From positions 2,912,001 to 2,976,000 of the forward strand of contig CATQHZ020000001.1 in assembly GCA_958296135.2 (NCBI GenBank): a stretch of DNA of 64,000 nucleotides, read 5' to 3'. Source of the DNA: an uncultured Poribacteria bacterium (GTDB lineage Bacteria; Poribacteria; WGA-4E; WGA-3G). Positions 58,830-64,000 of this stretch are shown one piece after another. A program made the position numbers and the translations under genes. The first letter of the stretch is position 1, and each line of letters opens with the position of its first letter. The notes under the pieces were generated by a model that had not been told where the DNA came from, did not search any database, and saw only the letters and a list, made by a program, of their open reading frames with translations.

Positions 58830-58840
58830 AGGAATTGTTT

Positions 58841-59986
58841 ATGTCGAAGAACCGTTTTATACCCTTCAGCCGGCCGTGGATTGACGAAACCGAGATAGCC
58901 GCGGTTAGCGAAGTGCTTGCATCTCAATGGATTAGCACGGGTGCTAAGGTACGCGAATTTGAACGCGCTTTCGCCGAATACATCGGTGTCAAGCACGCAA
59001 TCGCTGTGAGTTCCTGCACTGCAGCGTTGCATCTCAGCCTCGTCGCGACGGGGATAGGCAGCGGCGATGAGGTGATTACTACGCCTTATACCTTCACCGC
59101 CACCGCCGAGGCGATTCGGTATGTCGGCGCGCGGCCGGTTTTTGTTGATATTGACGAACGGACGTTGAACATGGACATCGCCAACATCGAAGCGGCGATA
59201 ACCCCACGCACGAAGGCAATTCTGCCGGTTCATATTGCTGGACTTCCGTGTGACATGACCGCGTTGCAGGCCTTATGCCGCAAGCACAACCTCGCCCTCA
59301 TTGACGATGCCGCGCACGCTATCCCCGCGGCATATAATGGACGCTACATCGGTTCCCTCGGCGACGTTTCTGCCTTCAGTTTCTACGCGAATAAAAATCT
59401 GACGACAGCGGAAGGCGGTATGATTACGACGAACAGCGACGCGCTCGCGGCACCGCTCCGCACCATGCGCCTCCACGGTATTGATAGAGATGCGTGGGCG
59501 CGTCAATCGCGCCGCAGCATCTGGCGTTACGATATCACCACCGAAGGCTACAAATATAACATGACGGACATTCAGGCGGCGATGGGGCTGTGTCAATTGA
59601 TGAAACTCAATAAACAGCACGAACGCCGGCGGCATTTCACGCAAATCTATCAGACTGAATTGGCAAAGTTTGCCGAGATCAGGCTACCGTTTTTTCCGGC
59701 TAATCCGAGGGAGCACGCGTGGCATCTCTATATCATCCAGCTCCTTTCTCACGACCGGGATGCGTTTATTGATGCGATGCGCGCGGCAGACATTGAGTGT
59801 AGCGTCCACTACATCCCGCTGCACCTCTTCCGATTTTATCAAGAACAATACGGGTATCGCGAGGGCGATTTCCCGCGCGCCGAAGCGGCGTTTGAACGGG
59901 TTGTGAGTCTGCCGCTCCATCCCGGTTTAACGGAAGCGGACGTGCGTGCCGTGATTGCGGCCATTTGTAAATTTCTGGGTGGTTGA
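58841..59986 (+). CDS. DegT/DnrJ/EryC1/StrS aminotransferase
   Basis: SSCTAALH, DDAAHA, FSFYANKNLTTAEGG (PLP lysine), GYKYNM. Confidence 0.93.
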   Translation: MSKNRFIPFSRPWIDETEIAAVSEVLASQWISTGAKVREFERAFAEYIGVKHAIAVSSCTAALHLSLVATGIGSGDEVITTPYTFTATAEAIRYVGARPVFVDIDERTLNMDIANIEAAITPRTKAILPVHIAGLPCDMTALQALCRKHNLALIDDAAHAIPAAYNGRYIGSLGDVSAFSFYANKNLTTAEGGMITTNSDALAAPLRTMRLHGIDRDAWARQSRRSIWRYDITTEGYKYNMTDIQAAMGLCQLMKLNKQHERRRHFTQIYQTELAKFAEIRLPFFPANPREHAWHLYIIQLLSHDRDAFIDAMRAADIECSVHYIPLHLFRFYQEQYGYREGDFPRAEAAFERVVSLPLHPGLTEADVRAVIAAICKFLGG

Positions 59987-60011
59987 GCCAATCGGCTAGC
60001 GGAGGAATGAT

Positions 60012-60497
60012 ATGACTGTTATGCAGCTCTGCTTCTCATTTCAAGGGCGAATCAGCAGAAAGACGTATTGGGTGATGCAATGCATCTTGTTTGCCCTTAC
60101 CGTCATTTTGTACGTTATCGTCAATAGGATTACCGTTCCCGCTGAGGCTTATTACGATCGGATTCAGTCCCTCGGAGATTTGCTAGATGTCACTGTGCTA
60201 CTATTGATGCCGACAGTTTATGTCAACTTAGTCGTTATTGGAATAATTGTCGCTCCTGTTGGCACTTTGACATCTCTCGCGTCCTCATCAGGTTTCTTCT
60301 TTCTGCTGCTAGCACCAGTTTTGGTAAACTTTGCCATTTTGGTGAAACGTTGGCATGACAGGAACAAATCGGCGTGGTGGGCATTCATTCATCTCGTCCC
60401 AATTATCGGTTCCGTTTGGACATTCGTTGAATGCGGCTTTTTCAGAGGCACGACCGGCGAGAACCGTTTCGGCCACGACCTCTTACAACTCCGATGA
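60012..60497 (+). CDS. DUF805-family membrane protein
   Basis: FQGRISRKTYW, VKRWHDRNKSAWW, GENRFG motifs. Confidence 0.9.
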   Translation: MTVMQLCFSFQGRISRKTYWVMQCILFALTVILYVIVNRITVPAEAYYDRIQSLGDLLDVTVLLLMPTVYVNLVVIGIIVAPVGTLTSLASSSGFFFLLLAPVLVNFAILVKRWHDRNKSAWWAFIHLVPIIGSVWTFVECGFFRGTTGENRFGHDLLQLR

Positions 60498-61051
60498 AAA
60501 ATCGACTCCACCAAATCATCCCGAACGAAGTCTGCTTTTCGTGCGATGTGTGCTGTCGGTTTTTAGATGCCGACAGCCCCCTCGCTCCAGTCTTCACCGC
60601 TGTGGAGCGCGAGCGCGTCATATCGCACGGGGTGGATGCGGCGTTGTTTCGTCCGCAGGTGGATGGAAAAAGCGCGCGGATTGTTTTGGAAGCATCGCGC
60701 GTGGCAAGCGCGCCTACCGGATACATCTGCCCCTTTTTTGATGAGGAGACAAGCCACTGCACCATCTATCCGATCCGGCCGTTGGACTGTCAACTCTATC
60801 CTTTCGCGCTGATGTTCAACGAAGATAGGAGTCAAGTGGTGCTTGGTGTAGATAGGCTCTGTCCTTTCGGTGAGGCGCAGCTGGAAACGGAAGCGTTTCA
60901 GCGACACATCCGCCACGTCATTGCTTACGTTGAGTCCGAAGCAGTTCTCGCGCAGATTGCAGAGAATTGGAGCCTTATCGGCGACTATCAGGACACGGTG
61001 AAAATCGTGCATCTGTTGGATAAACTAGAGCCATGCACCTTCGGCCGCTAA
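60494..61051 (+). CDS. YkgJ-family cysteine-cluster protein
   Basis: CFSCDVCC, CPFF..CTIYPIRPLDCQLYPF; ATGA overlap with DUF805. Confidence 0.88.
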   Translation: MKNRLHQIIPNEVCFSCDVCCRFLDADSPLAPVFTAVERERVISHGVDAALFRPQVDGKSARIVLEASRVASAPTGYICPFFDEETSHCTIYPIRPLDCQLYPFALMFNEDRSQVVLGVDRLCPFGEAQLETEAFQRHIRHVIAYVESEAVLAQIAENWSLIGDYQDTVKIVHLLDKLEPCTFGR

Positions 61052-61983
61052 CCCTTAAGGACAAACCGCTTTTTGACGTATACGCGCGCCGAATGGACAT
61101 CTCGCTTTCCAATTACGCCTTCGCGCCGCTCTATATCTGGGCAGACCATTTTGACTTTTACTGCGCACTATTATCTGACTATTTCTGCGTGTTTGCGAAG
61201 CAAGCCGCTGACTATTTCATGCCGATTGGCCCGGTAGGCGCGAGCTCCGGTTCGCGAGGTTCTGACATTCACTCCTACCTGAACGTCGTTCGCGAGGCAT
61301 ATCAGTTTATGTTGGAAGCAAATCGGAATCCGCAGATTGCGCGCATCGAAAATGTGCCGTGCGAGATGCTCCCTTTTTTTGCGGCTGAATCTCAATATGG
61401 ATATGGAAATCCGCCCTTACAAACTGTATTGAAAGAGAAGGAATACCTCTATGAAACTGAGGCACTTGCTGAGTTAAAGGGCAATCGTTATAAGAGCCAG
61501 CGGCACGCCTACAACGCTTTCGCGGCGCGGTATCCATCTGCAAGCCTGGGCCCATATTCTCCCGCAGACCGCGGCGAATGTCTGGCTCTTTATGATACGT
61601 GGCATCAATCGCGAGCGGCGAAATGCGATGATGCCATCTACCGTGCGATGCTTGAGGACTCCCGATGCGCGCACCGAATCGGATTGGCACACGCGGACGC
61701 ATTAGGGCTCATCGGCAGAGTTGTCCGCGTCAATGGGCACATCCGCGGCTGGACTTTCGGGTATCCGCTCAATAGTGAGACGTTCTGTGTTTTGTTTGAG
61801 GTAACCGACTTAAAAACAAAGGGGCTGGCGCAGTTTATCTATCGCGAATTTGCACGGGAACTTGGCAACGCTTACAAGTGGATTAACGCGATGGGCGATT
61901 CAGGGTTAGCGAATCTGAAGCGCGTCAAACGTTCCTATCATCCAACGCGGTTGATTCCGTCCTATACCATTCAATTCTCATGA
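61033..61983 (+). CDS. DUF2156 / phosphatidylglycerol lysyltransferase-like GNAT domain protein
   Basis: EYLYETEALAELKGNRYKSQR, GLAQFI, WINAMGDSGLANLKRVKRSYHP motifs. Confidence 0.85.
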   Translation: MHLRPLTLKDKPLFDVYARRMDISLSNYAFAPLYIWADHFDFYCALLSDYFCVFAKQAADYFMPIGPVGASSGSRGSDIHSYLNVVREAYQFMLEANRNPQIARIENVPCEMLPFFAAESQYGYGNPPLQTVLKEKEYLYETEALAELKGNRYKSQRHAYNAFAARYPSASLGPYSPADRGECLALYDTWHQSRAAKCDDAIYRAMLEDSRCAHRIGLAHADALGLIGRVVRVNGHIRGWTFGYPLNSETFCVLFEVTDLKTKGLAQFIYREFARELGNAYKWINAMGDSGLANLKRVKRSYHPTRLIPSYTIQFS

Positions 61984-62753
61984 GAAACGTTCCCGCTCTC
62001 ATCTTCCTCAACGGCTATTACGACGCGCGCCATCTCGATTTTTATCGGCAAGAAATTGAGGCTGGCGTTGCACAAGGCTCTCCGCTCATCTGTGCGGATG
62101 GCGGCTTACGGATATTCCACCAATTCGACGGGGATGCGCATGAAAAGCCACTCTACCGACCGGATATCCTCATCGGTGACCTGGATTCGGTGGAAGATTC
62201 AGAGACGAAGATTGCTAAACATATCGTTCAGGCATGGGTAGGACAAACCGACAAAGATTATACTGATGGGCAACTTGCTGTCGCTTACGCGTTAGAACAC
62301 TACGGCTGTCGGCATCTTATCATCTACGGCGGTTTGCCGCGGCCGGAGGCATACGAAACAGATCAGTTTTTGGGAAATCTGAAGTTGATGCGTTTTGGTG
62401 ACTATAAGTTGAAACAACGTGGTGGGCGCGCGTGCGTGGAAAGCGCGCCTGGCGGGGGGAAATGGGGCGGGGCTGAAATGCGGGATGCGCGCCAGACTAT
62501 CCATTATGTGGTATCCGAAGTGCGGTTGACTCGGAAGAATAGCGGGATGCAGCGCGTTTCGCTCATCGCCGAAGAACCGAACGTCGTCGTGGCCGAGAGC
62601 CAAAACCTGCGGTGGGATTTGGCATCGCGGCAGATCGATCCGGATTTAACGAACGCGCTCCGCAATGAATTTGTGGCAGACGCGGATTACGCAAGCATCC
62701 GATTGACTGCGGGCTCCTCGCCAGTCTACGTTATCCATAACTGGTATGATTAA
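61980..62753 (+). CDS. Thiamine pyrophosphokinase-like protein
   Basis: ICADGG, IGDLDS and KDYTD motifs; divergent C-terminus. Confidence 0.72.
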   Translation: MRNVPALIFLNGYYDARHLDFYRQEIEAGVAQGSPLICADGGLRIFHQFDGDAHEKPLYRPDILIGDLDSVEDSETKIAKHIVQAWVGQTDKDYTDGQLAVAYALEHYGCRHLIIYGGLPRPEAYETDQFLGNLKLMRFGDYKLKQRGGRACVESAPGGGKWGGAEMRDARQTIHYVVSEVRLTRKNSGMQRVSLIAEEPNVVVAESQNLRWDLASRQIDPDLTNALRNEFVADADYASIRLTAGSSPVYVIHNWYD

Positions 62754-63745
62754 TCACCTGCGCGGTTGTAGGCGGGTTCTCCCGGGCCCGATGCCTCCGC
62801 GAGCACCGATTTGAGCGTCCCCGTGTCTACATTGCCGCCGCTCATCACCATGACGACGTTTTTGCCCGCGAGCGTGTCGGTTAGTTTGTGGGCGGCTGCA
62901 ATCGGTGACGCGCCTGCACCTTCTGCCAAGTTGTGCGTGTATCGCAGAGCCAAGCGGATGCCTTCGCGCAGTTCTGACTCGCTGAGCAAGACAATGGTGT
63001 CAATACCTTCTTTGATAAGAGAAAAGGGCAGCGCGAACGGCACGCGCGTCGCGAGGCCGTCCGCCACCGTGTCACAGGAATCCGTTTGAATATGTTTCCC
63101 TGCCTTCCAAGACAGATAGATGGCGGGTGCGTTTTCGGCTTGCACGCCGATAATCTGGACCGCGGGGTTTATCGCCGCCGCGACGGTGATGGCACCACAA
63201 ACGCCACTCCCGCCACCGATGGGCACGATGATGGCATCAACATTCGGGAGACTCTCGAAGATTTCAAGTGAATAGGTGCCAACGCCGTGGAAAAGAGGGG
63301 CCTCCATGCACGGATGGACGTAATAGAGCCCACGTTCGGTTTGGAGTGTCTCGCACAATTCACGTGCCTCGTCAAAATCAACGCCGTGTTCAATGAGCTC
63401 TGCGCCGTAAGCACGCATCGCGCTATTTTTCTCCCGGTTGTTCCCGTGCGGCACGACGACTGTCGCTTGGACACCGAACTTCCCCGCCGCATACGCAATA
63501 GATTGCCCGTGATTCCCGCGCGTCGCTGTGACGACACCGCGGCATTCTGCATTAAAATGATGCATGAAATTCAGGCCGCCGCGCACTTTAAAACAGCCGG
63601 TCGGCAGGTGGTTCTCGTGCTTGATGTAGGCGTGAAAACCGAGCCGTTCGGATAATTCGGGGTAGTGAATGAGGGGTGTCGGTTGTAAAAACTGCGCGAC
63701 AACGCGCCGTGCAGCAAGAATACCTTGAAATGTTACAGATGTCAT
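62750..63745 (-). CDS. Threonine/serine dehydratase (PLP-dependent, no ACT domain)
   Basis: KHENHLPTGCFKVRGG, TRGNHG, VPIGGGSG, AEGAGA, SGGN. Confidence 0.9.
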   Translation of the reverse strand: MTSVTFQGILAARRVVAQFLQPTPLIHYPELSERLGFHAYIKHENHLPTGCFKVRGGLNFMHHFNAECRGVVTATRGNHGQSIAYAAGKFGVQATVVVPHGNNREKNSAMRAYGAELIEHGVDFDEARELCETLQTERGLYYVHPCMEAPLFHGVGTYSLEIFESLPNVDAIIVPIGGGSGVCGAITVAAAINPAVQIIGVQAENAPAIYLSWKAGKHIQTDSCDTVADGLATRVPFALPFSLIKEGIDTIVLLSESELREGIRLALRYTHNLAEGAGASPIAAAHKLTDTLAGKNVVMVMSGGNVDTGTLKSVLAEASGPGEPAYNRAGD

Positions 63746-63809
63746 AGATGTCCCTAAAATTGTGTCTTGCCAACGTAAAAGAGGTATGTTAATATGATAA
63801 CATATCTTC

Positions 63810-63902
63810 GCAAACGTATCAATAGGATTGAGAAGAACCGAGGCATCGAGACGCGGGAGGGCTCTCCTACAAGCGAGAGCAAACGTATCAATAGGATTGA
63901 GA
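63810..63902. repeat. 24-bp perfect direct repeat flanking a family D REP
   Basis: GCAAACGTATCAATAGGATTGAGA at 63810-63833 and 63879-63902. Confidence 0.85.
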
Positions 63903-63912
63903 GGAAACGCGC

Positions 63913-64000
63913 ATGGCACACGAATTTTCATCGACACACATAACACTTGACGAAACCGATGACCTGGTTGAACGCTGTTATCAGCAGGGATGGACAGATG
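63913..64000 (+). CDS. 5' end of a conserved hypothetical protein (truncated by the window edge)
   Basis: GAGGA SD; MAHEFSSTHITLDETDDLVERCYQQGWTD resembles GWTDGLP-motif proteins. Confidence 0.55.
   Translation, partial: MAHEFSSTHITLDETDDLVERCYQQGWTD

Overview
Bacterial chromosomal window, most likely from Candidatus Poribacteria (inferred from WD40 proteins ending in an LLPNYPNPFNPETWIPYQL..TATRKMLIRK tail, lamin-tail and CotH surface proteins, PhyH-type dioxygenases and short coiled-coil orphans). It holds about 50 genes: housekeeping and metabolic genes (ribE, ribD, hemW, thrC-like, lysC, aroQ), transporters, an ECF sigma/anti-sigma/RseB-like trio and three tandem WD40 genes. Defence-like loci are an ABC-ATPase + DUF4276 pair, a helicase-less type ISP-like R-M protein, an MTase-Mrr fusion and an orphan antitoxin. 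One TnpB-only IS607-like element is present. I saw no rRNA, tRNA or CRISPR array. Main observations: (1) several GTAG-type REP hairpin families with covarying stems form locus-specific arrays and also sit in-frame inside proteins, most clearly ~55 aa inside the threonine synthase; (2) two genes are split by a one-base shift at homopolymer tracts (G9 in the MTase-Mrr gene, C8 in the leader of a 1,250-aa surface protein), which suggests phase variation but could be sequencing error; (3) the TnpB element appears to sit between the Shine-Dalgarno and the ATG of the next gene. All calls come from motif recognition by eye; no database searches were run.
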